DNA from: Haliotis rufescens
Lineage: Eukaryota
Direction of reading: 5' to 3'
Assembly (NCBI RefSeq): GCF_023055435.1
Contig: NW_025963857.1
Span: 9,424,001 to 9,488,000 of the forward strand
Length of the DNA stretch: 64,000 nucleotides
A model generated the notes under the pieces. The model saw nothing but the letters and a program-made list of their open reading frames with translations. It ran no database searches and was not told the DNA's origin. This document shows, in pieces, positions 40,172 to 53,870 of this stretch. Position 1 is the stretch's first letter; each line of letters opens with the position of its first letter. Made by a program: the position numbers and the translations under genes.

Positions 40172-40326
40172 AGTGAGTGAGTGAGTGAGTATGGTTTTAC
40201 GCCACTTTTAGCAATATTTCAGCAATACCATGGCAGGGACACCAGGAATGGGTTTCACACATTGTACCCATGAAGGAATTCGAGCCAGGGTCTTCGACAT
40301 GATGAGCGATTGCTATTACCACTAGG
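40172..40326 (-). mobile_element. SINE family A, degenerate
   Basis: Family A tail and core. Confidence 0.8.
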
Positions 40327-40516
40327 TAACATGCACATGCAACATCATGTTGGGTTTTCATTTGCATGCCATCACAATCTTACAGCCCAACTGATGGAAG
40401 CCCAATGCTAAACAACACCATCAGCCGACTACAAACAGGAGAATCATCTTTAGCTTTATGCTGGTTTTCCCACATAGCTCCAAGCACCATTACAAGACTG
40501 TAGAACTGTTTATCAG

Positions 40517-40748
40517 ACATTCCAGCTATATGACGGCGGCCTGTAAATAATCGAGTCTGGGCCAGTCAATCCAATGATTGACATCATGAGCATCGATCCA
40601 GGCAACTGAGATCCAATGACATGCATCAAACAAGTCAGCGAGCCTGGCCACCCAATCCCGTTAGTCGCCTCTTACAACAAGCACAGTCGCCTTTTATGGC
40701 AAGAATGGATTGCTGAAGACCTATCCTAACCCGGATCTTCACGGGTCG
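40517..40748 (-). mobile_element. Family B copy
   Basis: Similarity to the other copies; tail truncated. Confidence 0.87.
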
Positions 40749-40759
40749 ATTCATACATC

Positions 40760-41225
40760 TATGTCACTTCAGTGATATAACCACCATAGCCACCTCTACA
40801 AATACGGCAGGATTGTGTAGGATATCAGCCCAGGCAGTGAGGAAATGTTTACATGCTGAAGGTATTCCCACTAGACATCTATTTCGAGGTGTCATTTGGC
40901 GGACCTGCATCGTCGGCTGTGAAATCAATGGTGTTAAGGTCACGGAGTATGGCCACAACTGCGATGGAGACAAGTTTGGTTCAGTGACGAGTCCTGTTTT
41001 ATGCTTCGCCGTGTGGATATAGACAACGTGTTTACAGGCGTTGGGATCCACTGGATCAACAGCTGTGAGCATGTCAGCAACAACCACAGAACCTCCGACA
41101 GTTTGCACAAGCACAGCAGGCAGAGGAGGTGAACATTCCCCAGGCCACAATTCGGGATCAGACTGCTTCCATGGGACGACGATGCCAGTCAGTTTTGTAC
41201 TCTAACGGTGGCCATACAAGAAATT
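40760..41225 (+). pseudogene. Decayed Tc1-family transposase fragment
   Basis: Frameshifted peptides ISAQAVRKCLHAEG, WRQVWFSDES (first catalytic Asp motif) and C-terminal SMGRRCQSVLYSNGGHT; internally deleted. Confidence 0.82.
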
Positions 41226-42305
41226 GAGTACAGATGACCTACACCTTGAAAATCGACTGTTCCATCAAGAATGGAAAATGACATTTACACATTCATAAGG
41301 AACAACACTAAACCCTGTGGCAATCTTGATAGCACCGTTGACAGAAAACAGCCAAGTGATTCTTGTTATACAATAATGATTAACCAATCAGTTCTATGCA
41401 ACATTAAGTATAGCATACTTATTGCCACACCCAGCATTGTATAAGACATCATCACAACATGACATGTAATCATGGCAGCCTTGATATGTGTAAAATAATA
41501 AAAACATTTTGTTCATGTGAATAAACATGTTCAAAACAAGCTGTATGTCAAGCCAGTTGTACAACTTTGATTTTGTTCATATAACAGTATAAACTGTCAG
41601 ATTTCTATTGTTTTCTTACTTATATACAGTAATAATAACTACTCTTTCAAATATCATAAAATAAATATATGATATTTTCATTTGGTGTGGCATCTAGCAC
41701 ACAATAAGTCCTAAATCAGTTAATTGCTCCACCTCACAAGATATTGAACATACAACTGAAATGAGGTATTTATAATCACTGAATCCTATTTCAACTTAAT
41801 CCATCTTAATATTGCACATGTGAATACAGTAGAGGAAATTATTAACACTGTTCTAACATATATGATATTGTTTCAGTTGTGATATATATTTATTAATATC
41901 CCAGGTATCATGCTGGAATATGTTTGTATCAAGTAGGACCTGAAACGTATTATGTTTACAAACAATGTTTAAACATGAAATACTTTAATAATAACACTCA
42001 CAGAGTAACAATGTTTCCTAGTTGAAATAGTATTATTACATTCAGTACAAATTTCAATGAAATACGTAAAAATAGGGTCTAACTCTGTAAACAAAAATTC
42101 ATATTTTCACAATAGTGATTTTATGATCAAAATGCTACGTCAGTAAAATCACTTCCTGCAGAGACTTAGTAACATCTAGCGTGTTCCATCATTGAATACA
42201 GGAGCTTATATTTGCAGAGGATTATATAACCTAATCCGATCTACCTGTAATCCTTCTTAAATCCACCTGTATGTATGTGACTCGTCTACTTTAACTTCAT
42301 CTTAC

Positions 42306-43000
42306 CTGACCTAGATCTATACCTGTACTGGCGTAATGTCTCTCGACATCAACCTTGTCTCACCACCGAGCTCTCCCTGGCTCGCTAACCGTTACACGAG
42401 AAAAACATTCACCTATACAGTTCACTACAACATATGTTCTACATAATATCACTGTGTGCACGAACATTTAGAAAACATTAGAGACCAGTCCACTGGATCT
42501 GACATCGAACGGAACTTCCGCTCAGCTATCCAATATACAGCCGATGTTGTGTTGTCTCGGTTTAGGTGTGTCAAATATTTCTCAATCCGTACCAAAGCGG
42601 TTAACATATAAAAAACGGTATTTGGAAGTATTCTCTAAGGTAGAAAGAGCAGAAACCATTACAAACTAAAGCTAATTGGGTTGTGTAAGTTGTAGATGGC
42701 TTGTCAACAATCGTTACAATGCGACAACTCAAAATAGAGGCCAAACGACACACTTCGTCGCGTCGACCTGAGTTCTGACTCGACCATCGGGCGACATTCT
42801 CGCCACAAATACAACATCGTGCAGACATATATACATAAAGTATTGAACTAACCATATATTCTTTTCACAGGTGAGGTACATACCTCATAACCCGGTCATC
42901 GTGACGATATTAGGCAAGGTCGACAGATTAAGTCCCGGTAGACATTTTACCGGTAGGTGGCGCTACGCACGGAGGACAATGTCATGTGACAGGTGTTGGT
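42306..43000 (-). promoter_or_regulatory. CpG-enriched region, candidate proximal promoter / 5'UTR exons of the PPP1R16-like gene
   Basis: Visibly more CpG than flanks, CGGAACTTCCG ETS-like site near 42510, minus-strand donors CAG|GTAAG (42306) and GAG|GTATGT (42884). Confidence 0.35.
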
Positions 43001-43715
43001 CAGGTGTGTTATGAACAGGTAATACACAGAGGCCGGGTATGAGGTCGTGACGGCATGGATTGAACGTGCGAGGTCAGCTCGATAGGAGCAGTTAGGAAAA
43101 TCAGGCTACATGACAGCGTCTAACTGCTAGTTTAATGTTACAATCAACTAGCTATAGGGTCGCGTACGTGTTGCAGCCGAATGCAGAATGAACATAATGA
43201 ATCATTTCTCAGGCGTTCGTAAACAAAGTACAGTTTATATGCAGGGATTGGTGCAGTGGGTTGTAGGACGGATGTTGTCAACACAGGTTATAAACGAGTA
43301 ATCAACGTGCAGACGGATTGCAAACTTGTTCTCGGCATGCATATATATACATACCGCCCTTGACTCGCTCTATATGCAGTGAAACGAATGGCCTCGCGTA
43401 AGGCGCTGTCGAGACTTGCAGCATGTACACTTGATTATGCAGAGCAAGACCTGCTTAACAGTTCACGTTGGCACGTTTGTTATAATTGACGCACACGGTA
43501 TGCGTAAAGAGAATAAAGGCTGGCACTAAAGATCTCGGAGTTCACCAGCTCAGTATTATAGCAGTAATTTACACCCGATACACGCACCAACCTAGCTGAC
43601 ATAATGACCTGATGCACTTCAGCTGTGGTAGTAGTTAGAGACAACCACTTGTTACAACTGCTTAACGTATATTCAACAAGATAAACAGTTAACAAAACAC
43701 CAATGTTACCACTTC

Positions 43716-43953
43716 AAGATCTAGGGTATAATAGGTCTTCATCAACCCATGGTTGTCGTAAAAGGCGACTATGCTTTGTCGTAAGAGGCGATTAACGGGA
43801 TCGGATGGTCAGGCAAGCTGACTTGTGTATTGCGTGGATCGATGCTCATGATGTCAATCACTGGATTGTTTGGTCCAGACTCGATTATTTAGAGACCCCC
43901 GTCATATAGCTGGGATATTGCTGAGGGCGGCGTTAAACTACAAACAAACAAAA
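43716..43953 (+). mobile_element. Family B copy
   Basis: gtcgtaagaggcga...ctggattgtttggtccagactcg...gcgttaaactacaaac. Confidence 0.85.
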
Positions 43954-44529
43954 CTTGAAGAGATCGAGGGTAATAACTCCCTTTTATTGCTGATTTTGGA
44001 TTTCTCAAACCTGATTGGCCGGCTGAAGCATTGTGACGTCACATTTTTAACAGTATGATATGACGACACACAATGTTCATGACGTCCTGATTTATCACGT
44101 TACGTCATCCGAACAACTGTTTTTTATTTGGCTGATCTTTTGAATATGATTGCCTTCCTTATCACTTTGAGTTACGGATTATCCGTTCCTCTTGAATGAA
44201 TGTTGTAAGACGCAAGCAATTTGCTCGAGACACACAACTATTATTCAAGAACATATAACCCATTAGTCCTCGTAGATTGTTAGGTATATCTAAATGGCCC
44301 ACGGGCAGCAGGCATGGCTGACCAGCACGTAACAAAACCCGTGATTCTGCACTAACTTATCACCAAATATCAATAGCACGATATCATACAACACATCACG
44401 CAGGCCCTCCAGGTAACGTAATCTGAAAAAACAGGTAGAAGAAAGGATAATGACATCCTCGCTCCATAAAACGACTCCAGCGTCACTCCACTACTCTTAC
44501 ATAGACCTAGAAAGATCGCTTTGTTATAT

Positions 44530-44890
44530 AGTGATTGAGTATGGTTTTATGCCGCTTTCACTCACATTGTGACCATGTGGGGAATTGAACCCGGGCCTTC
44601 GGCGTGACGAGTGAACTCTTTAACCACTAGGCTACCCTACCAGCTCTGAAATAGGCCCTGTAAATAAGAAAATACCAATGACCGACGTCTCCGCCACCTA
44701 AGCTCACCCATTAATATACATTGATGTCAAGCATTCTGAAGATAATCGGGCGGTATTGTAGCCTTGTAGTTAAGCATTCGCACGTCATGCCGAACGCCGG
44801 GTTCGATTCCCAACATAGATACAAAAAGCCCATTTCTGGTGTTCCCCGACGGAATACTTCAAAAAGACGCGTAAAACCAAACTCACTCAC
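44530..44890. mobile_element. Two decayed SINE family A copies, head to head (44530-44645 minus, 44748-44890 plus)
   Basis: B-box and core similarity to family A. Confidence 0.7.
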
Positions 44891-45560
44891 GGAATATAAT
44901 CAGTTTGACAGTGTGAGTGCCGGTACACGCTGTCGGGGTACGTTTTTAAAGGGAGACTGTGCTCCATGCTCTCATGCCCAATTCCAATCTAGGTCAAGAC
45001 ATTGGAGTTGTTGCCATGAGTTAAACTGAGACATATCCTGGGTAATAACCAAATATATGATTGACTTGCATAATTGAATATAAAGTAGCAGCCATATAGT
45101 CATGTTTGAATGACTTGAGTCCAACCTGCTGGGAGTGCTGAATATCCCTCGGCTAGCCCCCCTTTAAACAAAGGTCACACACATGGGTGGCAGAAACCAG
45201 GTCCCTGTTCCAAAAAGCCACCATAGCGCTAAGACGATACGACTTACGACAGTCTGAGCGCTACGATAGAATCGCTGATGCTGAATAGAGTCAGTGTCCT
45301 CTTAACAAGCATGAGGTACTGCCCCGGAATCCCCATGCTTGACATTAACACAAAAGCTCGATAATGTCTTAGCTTATGATGTCTATCACCTACCCGTACA
45401 CATCTCGGTGACATTTGGCCTTATCGTGACATCTCGACTTTATGTCTCATGATATGAGGGCTGTATCTCAGCCCATGATATCGCGACTATATCCGAGAAA
45501 CATCACGGCTATATCTCAGTTATCATAGCGTGAATATCACAGCTATATTCAAGTTGTCGG

Positions 45561-45728
45561 AGGGGCGATGGGGTGGCCTAGTGGTTAAAGATTTCGCTCA
45601 TCACGGCGAAGGCCCGGGTTCGATTCCCCACATGGGTACAATGTGTGAAGCTCATTTGTGATGTTCCCCGCTGTGATATTGCTGAAATATTGCCAAAGCG
45701 GCGTAAAACCACACTCGCTCACACACTC
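45561..45728 (+). mobile_element. SINE family A
   Basis: ggggcgatggggtggcctagtggttaaag...gggttcgattcccc...actcgctcacacactc. Confidence 0.88.
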
Positions 45729-46077
45729 AATTTGTCAGAAATAATTATGTGCGCAAAGCAATAACCAGAGTGAGGTGAATCACTCCATTGTAGTCACTCC
45801 ATTGCTGACGCCCATTGTAGTCACCTTGTTGTTACACACAGTGCTAGCAACGCAGACCCATAATCTGTAGTTGTGTCATGAAGATATCAAGACAACCATG
45901 CCACGCACGTCCCCTGCAGAGATACGATGGGTGCATATTATAATGTAAGGTATTATAGGTATTCAAGGACTTGTGGGGGTGCCAACCGCCACCTCCCTGA
46001 ATCCCGAATTCTACATGACACATATTTCAGCACTGAGTAAAAGGTGCGATTCGAAATTAAATTACCCCAAAAATATC

Positions 46078-46315
46078 GAATGAGTGAGTTGGGTTTTAAC
46101 GTCGCTTTTAACAGCATTCCAGTTATACCACGGCGTGTCAGCTTAATGTGGGAGGAAAGCCCGAAGTGATGCAGGTCTCAGACGTTTACCACTTCGATGA
46201 AACCCAGGAGCTGACAAACCTAGAAACATAATCGGGGCTAACCGGATTCGAACCCACAATCATAGGTTTCTGGCGTGCCCAACTCTGCACAGCGAATCGT
46301 GGTGCCTTAGACGAC
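46078..46315 (-). mobile_element. SINE family C
   Basis: High similarity to the 24019 copy. Confidence 0.87.
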
Positions 46316-46639
46316 TTATTAAAATATATTTTATATGATAATGAAAACTATTACGTACACCATTAATGTTTTTCAAATGTTGAATCTGCTGTCCTGCGTA
46401 CCGTACTGCCAAGTCCCGGATACCCTCTACATAGACCCCCGAATCCTGCGTACCAAAAAATTATATGTGGCAAAAATGGAGAGAGGCCCCTCCCTTCCCT
46501 CCAGACCCGGATAAGCATCGCATTTGAACAAGAGTAGACAGGAGTGTTATACAGACACGCACTGAGCTATGACACATCATGTTGTCCTGCAAGTTACTAT
46601 ATATGTAATATTTACACTGATAGCCAGCCTACTGGAGTA

Positions 46640-46685
46640 GGGCGGGGGTGGCTGTCGCAACCACACTGACGTCAGAAGGGCCAAT
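46640..46685. promoter_or_regulatory. GC box + CRE + CCAAT cluster
   Basis: GGGCGGGG at 46640, TGACGTCA at 46667-46674 and CCAAT at 46681, all within 46 bp. Confidence 0.4.
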
Positions 46686-47144
46686 GGTTGCTCTCCGACC
46701 CATGTCGAACACTATTAATAATACTAACTTAGTAACTGGGGTGAAGTTGATGAAGTTTATAATAAGGTACAACACCTGTATACCCCCGAGTTCAGTGTAT
46801 GGACACACCCGCGTGTTGTAAACGGCATGTACTGTATTGTGTTCTGTACTTTGTGATACTGAATGGACCCGTCCATCAGGTTATAAGGCACCCATTTACT
46901 AATGTACTGGTATGTATGCTGGTCTGCCTGTCTCCGCGAAACGCTTCCCGGTAAACAGCTGTGTTTTCAGACCGAGAGATATATTTAAAGTGTCTAAGAA
47001 GTGTGCTTCATGAGTGTGTCAGATTGAAATAGGAGCCGTGGAAAGATATTTGACCTAGAACTTACACCTGCGTGGGATTGCATAGGTTACAATGTATATA
47101 GGAAGCATATCGTCACATGCCCTGAAACAGGGGAACATATGATC

Positions 47145-48325
47145 ACGTACAGGTGTGCAATGTATCATGTTCTACAGGTGTGTAAGATACAATGTTGTAC
47201 AGGAGTGTAAGATACAATGTTCTACAGGTGTGTAAGATGCAATATTGTACAGGTGTGTAAGATAAATGTTGTACAGGAGTGTAAGATACAATGTTGTACA
47301 TGAGTGTAAGATACAATGTTGTACAGGTGTGTAAGTTACAATGTTGTAGATGTATGTAAGATACAATGTTGTACAGGTGTGTAAGATACAATGTTGTACA
47401 GGAGTGTAAGATACAATGTTGTACATGAGTGTAAGATGCAATGTTGTACAGGAGTGTAAGATCCAATGTTGTACAGGTGTGTAAGATACAATGTTGTACA
47501 GAAGTGTAAGATACAATGTTGTACAGAAGTGTAAGATACAATGTTGTACAGAAGTGTAAGATACAATGTTGTACAGAAGTGTAAGATACAATGTTGTACA
47601 GGAGTGTAAGATACAATGTTGTACAGGTGTGTAAGATGCAATGTTGTACAGAAGTGTAAGATACAATGTTGTACAGGAGTGTAAGATGCAATGTTGTACA
47701 GGAGTGTAAGATGCAATGTTGTACAGGAGTGTAAGATACAATGTTGTACAGAAGTGTAAGATACAATGTTGTACAGAAGTGTAAGATACAATGGTGTAAA
47801 GAAGTGTAAGATACAATGTTGTACAGGAGTGTAAGATACAATGTTGTACAGAAGTGTAAGATACAATGTTGTACAGAAGTGTAAGATACAATGTTGTACA
47901 GAAGTGTAAGATACAATGTTGTACAGAAGTGTAAGATACAATGTTGTACAGGAGTGTAAGATACAATGTTGTACAGAAGTGTAAGATACAATGTTGTACA
48001 GGAGTGTAGATACAATGTTGTACAGGTATGTAAGATGCAATGTTGTACAGGAGTGTAGATACAATGTTGTACAGCTTTGTAAGATACAATGTTGTACAGT
48101 GTGCAAGATACAATGTTGCAATGAAGTATACGATACAATGTTGTACAGGTATGTAAGATACAATGTATACAGTGTGTAAGATACTATGTTGTAAAGAAGT
48201 GTAAGATACAGTGTTGTACAGATGTGTAAGATGCAATGTTGTACAGAGGTTTAAGATACAATGTTGTACAGATGTTTAAGATACAATGTTGTACAGATGT
48301 GTAAGATACAATGTTGTACAGGTAA
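47145..48325. repeat. 25-bp minisatellite, about 47 units
   Basis: GTGTAAGATACAATGTTGTACAG(GA/AA/GT). Confidence 0.97.
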
Positions 48326-49929
48326 GGTAGATGTCAATACCAGGCTGACTATAGCTGGACAATAATAATACAAAGTTGAATACGGAAGTATCATCATTTC
48401 ATATCTTACATCCGCACGGCGCGTGTCAGAAAGTTCTTACATCAGCTGAACGACCCATGCCATCAGTCGTCGTTGGCGTCTTAACAAGAGAAAATTATAT
48501 AAACATTCTTCCTAAGCAAAGCTTTTCTTTAACTTAGTAGCGAATCAGTGATTCGAGTCCTTGGTACAAACTTCTGTTTACTAAGGGAAATATCCCATCT
48601 ACCCGATAAAATTGGGTATGCCTTAGATAACCGTTAACAACCTCGATTATTCAGTCTATTATATCTCTCTTCTGTTATTTTTTATTACAATAGAATGGAT
48701 GCATGATACACGAGGTAATCGATGACGTGTGCGGTCACGTGATTGATCCTTTGGACTGTGCGCCGATGTCGATGGTGTCAGCGCTTACCGTTGTGTCGCC
48801 CAGTGGAGATTCCGGGATAAACCTGATCCCCAGTAACCTGTCCTGTCTGTGGGAGACGACCAAATGGATTGAGTGGTCAGACGGTTGATGGAGTGTCATC
48901 TTACCCGACGGCGTGGGTCATAATATCAATCACTGCATTGTCTGATCCAGATTGGTCCAGCCCGCCGTCATATATAGCTGGAATATTGTTCATTGTGGCG
49001 TTAAACAACAAATACACACAAACACTAACTGTGGGACCCCCCACAATGCATTTTTTTCAAGAATGAGCTGTCGCTATATGGTTGAAATAATGCCGACGCG
49101 ACGTTAAATTTTAACTCACTCAATATTAAGCTTTATATGTTGGCATATGAGGCACCACAAATCATTTATTTTTTCTCAGCTTGCTGCTATTCTGTCACAA
49201 TAATAACCAGAATCTGCTCAAATCAATGCACTGGGTATACCGTTGGTGAGGCTGCGGCCTAGTAGCCAGGTTGTGGATGATCTCACGCAGGGCTCTACTT
49301 TCTGTACAGGTGTGTAGCAAGGCAGCTCGCTGACTCCTTGTCTTTTATCGCAGCGGGTCGCCCAGCGTGAGAACCGGGCTCGGCTGTTCACGCTCCAGTG
49401 GTAATCGCTCAACGTTCTCGCATAAACACGGGAATCAGTAATATGGTATTCGCCGAAATCTGTGTCACTACAATCCCGTTCTGTTGATACTTTATCTTTC
49501 TCTTCTCTTCCACTTTCCGACCCTTCTCAATTCTCACTTGTCTCTTTTCGTATTTCTCCTATTATCATCTTGTTTAGCGCAGTTTCCAAGTAACAACGAG
49601 TGAATTTTGTTTAACGTCGCAGTCAATATTCCGGATTTATCATAGCGTCCTGTAAATACTCGAGTCTGGACCAGACAAACCCGCGGTTGATATAATGAGA
49701 CCCAATCAACTATAAGCTTCCCCTAGTCTCTTTCGCGGTCCCCGTATCATATTATTTTCCCTTCCGCCTAGTCTGTACTGTAATCTTGTATCCCAAAATG
49801 AAGCAAGTCTAGATTATCCACAAGCACGGATTCTCCCATGTCAATGGGACTATGCGTTAGTCTACTGACCACCCTATCCATTTTTGTCGCCTCTAAAGAC
49901 AATCATAGGTTACTGGGGACCACTGGATT

Positions 49930-50056
49930 TTTGGGAAGCCTTGTGGTTAAAACGTTCGCTCGTCACGCCGAAGATCCGGGTTCGATTCTCTACATGGGTA
50001 CAAGGCGTGAAGCCCATTTCTGGTGTTCACCGCCGTGATATTGCTGTAATGTTGCT
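49930..50056 (+). mobile_element. SINE family A, 3'-truncated
   Basis: A/B boxes and core. Confidence 0.8.
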
Positions 50057-50204
50057 AGTGGTGAGGCTGTTATTCCAACAACGTTTACAGGTCTTTATAG
50101 TGTTGTCGCCACCCCTAGTGTACAGTACATTCACTCTGTGCAATCTAAAGAACCCACTCGTCCGATGATAGAAGACCAGATGGTGGAAAAACTAATTCGT
50201 CAAA

Positions 50205-50420
50205 ACGTGTGGTGTCACCCTCGGCAAGTGACTTCGTTCACATGTGCCTCTGTTCACCCAGCCGGGAATGGGTACCCTATATGTGAGGTGGATGTAAAAC
50301 CCCTCAAACGCTAGTAGGCACCTTGGGTTGTTCAACCCTCCAAGGAGTTGAGTTCAATGCATACGGATCTACTGGTCGGGGAATAAATCAACCGCATTTG
50401 AGCAGATACTAGTATCTGGA
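50205..50420 (+). mobile_element. Old SINE fragment with CORE-like domain
   Basis: gtcaccctcggcaagtgactt...tgcctctgttcacccag...aatgggtacc; related minus-strand fragment at about 52200-52380. Confidence 0.5.
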
Positions 50421-50776
50421 TAATTACGGTATACATATGTACAATATATATAAATATAATAACAATATACAGATACGTAAAACCACACTCAGTCACTCAC
50501 TCAAAATTAGCGGACACATAACCAAATGAATTATGTCTCTGAAGTGTCTTTGAAGATTTAGCTTAACTGTATCAAACTTGCTGCAAATGTTTCTTTGTCT
50601 TTTATGTGTGTGTGATTATATACTGTTACAAGCGTAATAAATACCAACAATACAAACTAAAGGAAGTCGCTTTCATTTCCTGGTCTGAGCCTACTTGTGG
50701 TTACCACGTGACACACAATACGCTTGATCTTGTTACAGAGTACATTGTTATTACAGCGTGGGTGTTGGTTTACAGC

Positions 50777-51012
50777 TGTTCATGAAATACATATTTTTCA
50801 TGTTCATGAAAAACATATATATTATGTTCATGAAATACATATTTTTCATGTTCATGGAAAACATATATATATTATGTTCATGAAATACATATTTTTCATG
50901 TTCATGAAAAACATATATATTATGTTCATGAAATACATATATAATGCGTTCATGAAAAACATATATATTATGTTCATGAAATACATATATATTATGTTCA
51001 TGAAATATATAT
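50777..51012. repeat. AT-rich 24-25-bp minisatellite
   Basis: TGTTCATGAAA(T/A)ACATAT... Confidence 0.9.
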
Positions 51013-51071
51013 CATTAAAACTCGTTGGACAATCATAGGGTATAATGGGAACGAGAATTTATATACATGTA

Positions 51072-51198
51072 TACTGAACAAGAAAAGTTAGGGATCATTA
51101 ATAATTTTTGGAATATTTTTGTAGTGAAGGCTGGGCACACTTTTCTTTTAGAAATCACCAAAAATATTCATGATCCCTGAAGTTTTTGTTCAATGTAT
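51072..51198. mobile_element. Small Tc1-like MITE
   Basis: TACTGAACAAGAAAAGTTAGGGATCAT / ATGATCCCTGAAGTTTTTGTTCAATG inverted pair, TA flanks. Confidence 0.55.
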
Positions 51199-51529
51199 TT
51201 CACATACATCTTCGAATTTCTACCAGTACACTGGCCATTGGACTTTAAATGTAAAGAAGTAAGGCCGGATGTCTAGCTTTGTGTTCTATTTTAGGAAAGC
51301 TAAATGTCAACTGTGGTGAACTCCATTTACCAAAAACGCTAGACCTAAGTTCATCTTGCATGTTAAGACGTTTTGTTTGGTTGATGTTAATGAGTGAGTG
51401 AGTTAAAATCTATCGTCGCATCGGTATGATTTCAGCCATATAGCGACTGAGGTTGATGCCGAACTCACCAATATTGCCGCTGTATGACGGCGGCATTTAG
51501 ATAATTAATCAGACAAACAGTGATTGATA

Positions 51530-51945
51530 TGATGATCACTATCCCTCGCCATCGGCTAAGCTAAGTAACAAACAAACAGACAGACAGACCCCTGTGCTCT
51601 GGCCATTAACCATCCCTGCGACAACCCCTGTGCTCTGGCCATAAACCATCCCTGCGACAACCCCTGTGCTCTGGCCATAAACCATCCCTGCGACAACCAC
51701 TGTGCTCTGAACATGAACCATCCCTGCGACAACCACTGTGCTCTGGACATGAACAATGATGATCAATGTCCCTCGCCATTGGCTAAGCTAAGTAACAAAC
51801 AGACAGACAGACAGACACCCCCCTGTGCTCTGGCCATGAACCATCCCTGCGACAACCACTGTGCTCTGGACATGAACAATGATGATCAATGTCCCTCGCC
51901 ATCGGCTCAGCTAAGTAACGAACAGACAGACAGACAGACAGACAC
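51530..51945. repeat. Composite array: 36-bp units within an about 120-bp higher-order unit containing (GACA)n
   Basis: GACAACCACTGTGCTCTGGCCATGAACCATCCCTGC, plus gatgatca..tccctcgccat.ggct.agctaagtaac three times. Confidence 0.9.
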
Positions 51946-52635
51946 ATTTTCGGTCCATTTAGCCCTCTAATCATTCTAATCCTGGTTTTCCAGGGTCCCA
52001 TATTAAGAGGTGATCAGCAGGTCACATTAGCTGAAACGTATGGGACCAAAATGCGCTCTGTGATGAAATGTTGCATGTGCTAGAATATGACATATTTGTA
52101 TCAAATACATAATAGTGATGTGTGTACGTATATTGTGCAAGCCTCCGTATACTCGGTGCATGCTCAAAGCGCTAACATTATTACCCCGGTCAGTGGATCA
52201 GTGTGCACTCCATTCTCAGCTCCCTGGGGAGTATACATCCAAAGTTGCCTTGACAGGCACGAGAAGTTTAACTGTCACATTACCAACTCATCCTACCCGT
52301 TTTACTGCTTGGTGAACAGAGGCATATTTCGAACAACATATGCTTCAGTGTGGGGCAGGACCGAACCCCTAGAACCTCTTAGGAGTCAAGCCGGAGTCGC
52401 CCATCCAACTATTTAATGCGGCACTCATCCAACTATTAAATGCTGGTTTACGCAGTATTTAGCAGTTCTAAAATTGCTGCCTGTTAGAAATCGAGCCTGG
52501 GTCAGGCAAACCAGAGGTTGATGATTTACACCGTATTTAGTTTGGTCAGCCTTTATGACAAAATGGGGCTCTGTAGACTCATCGTCCCCGTAATGCCCAT
52601 CGATGGAACCACTAATGGGACACCAAATCGGATCG

Positions 52636-53030
52636 TGACAACCACTGTGCTCTGGCCATGAACCATTCCTGCGACAACCACTGTGCTCTGGCCATGAACC
52701 ATTCCTGCGACAACCACTGTGCTCTGGCCATGAACCATCCCTGCGACAACCACTGCACTCTGGACATGAACCATCCCCACGACAACCACTGTGCTCTGGA
52801 CATGAACCATCCCTGCGACAACCACTGCACTCTGGCTAAGAACCATCCCCACGACAATCACTGTGCTCTGGCCATGAACCATGCTTGTGACAACCACTGT
52901 ATCCTGGACATGAACCATGCGTGTGACAACTACTGTATTCTGGACATGTACAATGCTTGTGACAACTACTGTATTCTGGACATGAACAATGCTTGTGACA
53001 ACACAGTGCTTCGGAACATGAACAATGTTT
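52636..53030. repeat. 36-bp minisatellite, same unit as the 51530 array, about 11 units
   Basis: GACAACCACTGTGCTCTGG(C/A)CATGAACCAT.. Confidence 0.93.
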
Positions 53031-53068
53031 GTGTCAAGTGGGAAACGACAGGGTTCTAAGAGAGCTTC

Positions 53069-53069
<1 letters not shown>

Positions 53070-53114
<45 letters not shown>

Positions 53115-53122
53115 CACACATA
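53070..53122. repeat. (CA)n microsatellite
   Basis: About 25 CA units. Confidence 0.97.
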
Positions 53123-53799
53123 CATTTAATCTATAAGTAACGGGCACTTACTTTGGATGCGACACGTTTCATCGCGGATGCCAATACATTCCAACACATC
53201 GTAGGTTATCCGTTACCATGAGGTTATCGTCAGATCAACAGTAGATCATATAACACATGGCCCGCACGACAACCTTCGGAATAGTAAGCGTCCATGTCTT
53301 CAGCAACCCAGCTTGTTTCAAGTTAAACAAGACCTGGTCACCCAATCACATTCAGGCACACATTTCGGGACGGAAAGCCTAATTGACATCAAGGAAACAA
53401 GGAGTGAAAACTCCTTGTAAACTGTACAAAAAATGTTCTACGGTCATAACACTGTGCAGGCTTGCGTTGAAGTGCTTACGTTATCAAGCAAAATCCAAAG
53501 AATGTCCGCCGTGCTTCGATAATCAGACTCGTTCTTTTCGCATACCCTATTCATCGGCACATTCTGCGTGTGTGATGGTGCAACTGTTACCTCATGTATA
53601 ATGTAGAGTTGTAGTGAGCGTTCCGCCTAACCTTGGAAGGCTGTGCGAATGTTGCCCAAGTGGTTATCAGTAAGTAGCCTTGTGAACCCCAGTGTTGGAC
53701 TTTACTTTTTTGACCTGGGTTTTTGTCTGTTTTGTGTATTTCGTTGGCCGTTAGCTTTCAAGTGATATACCAGAATAAAACATATGCTAGATTATTTAC

Positions 53800-53870
53800 C
53801 TACATTCAGCATGTCTTCGGAGGCCACAGATCCGCCATTTTTTAAAGCTGGGACAAGAGTGCGGGGGCGA
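53800..53870 (-). promoter_or_regulatory. Candidate promoter / non-coding first exon (YY1 motif)
   Basis: CCGCCATTTT (YY1 consensus) at 53832-53841, GC-rich box at 53861-53869, minus-strand donor TAG|GTAAAT at 53800. Confidence 0.4.

Noticed and set aside
40700-40750. CTGAAGA hammerhead core in the reverse strand of family B
   Set aside because: No correctly placed GAAA or stem III could be built.
47143-48236. Long ORFs of 275-354 aa rich in C/H/T/Y
   Set aside because: Translations of the 25-bp satellite, open in all three minus frames; no splice or domain evidence.
51539-53125. Repeat ORFs (MNHPCDNHCALA; VHVQSTVVVAGM)
   Set aside because: 36-bp satellite, and one ORF starts in a (CA)n tract.
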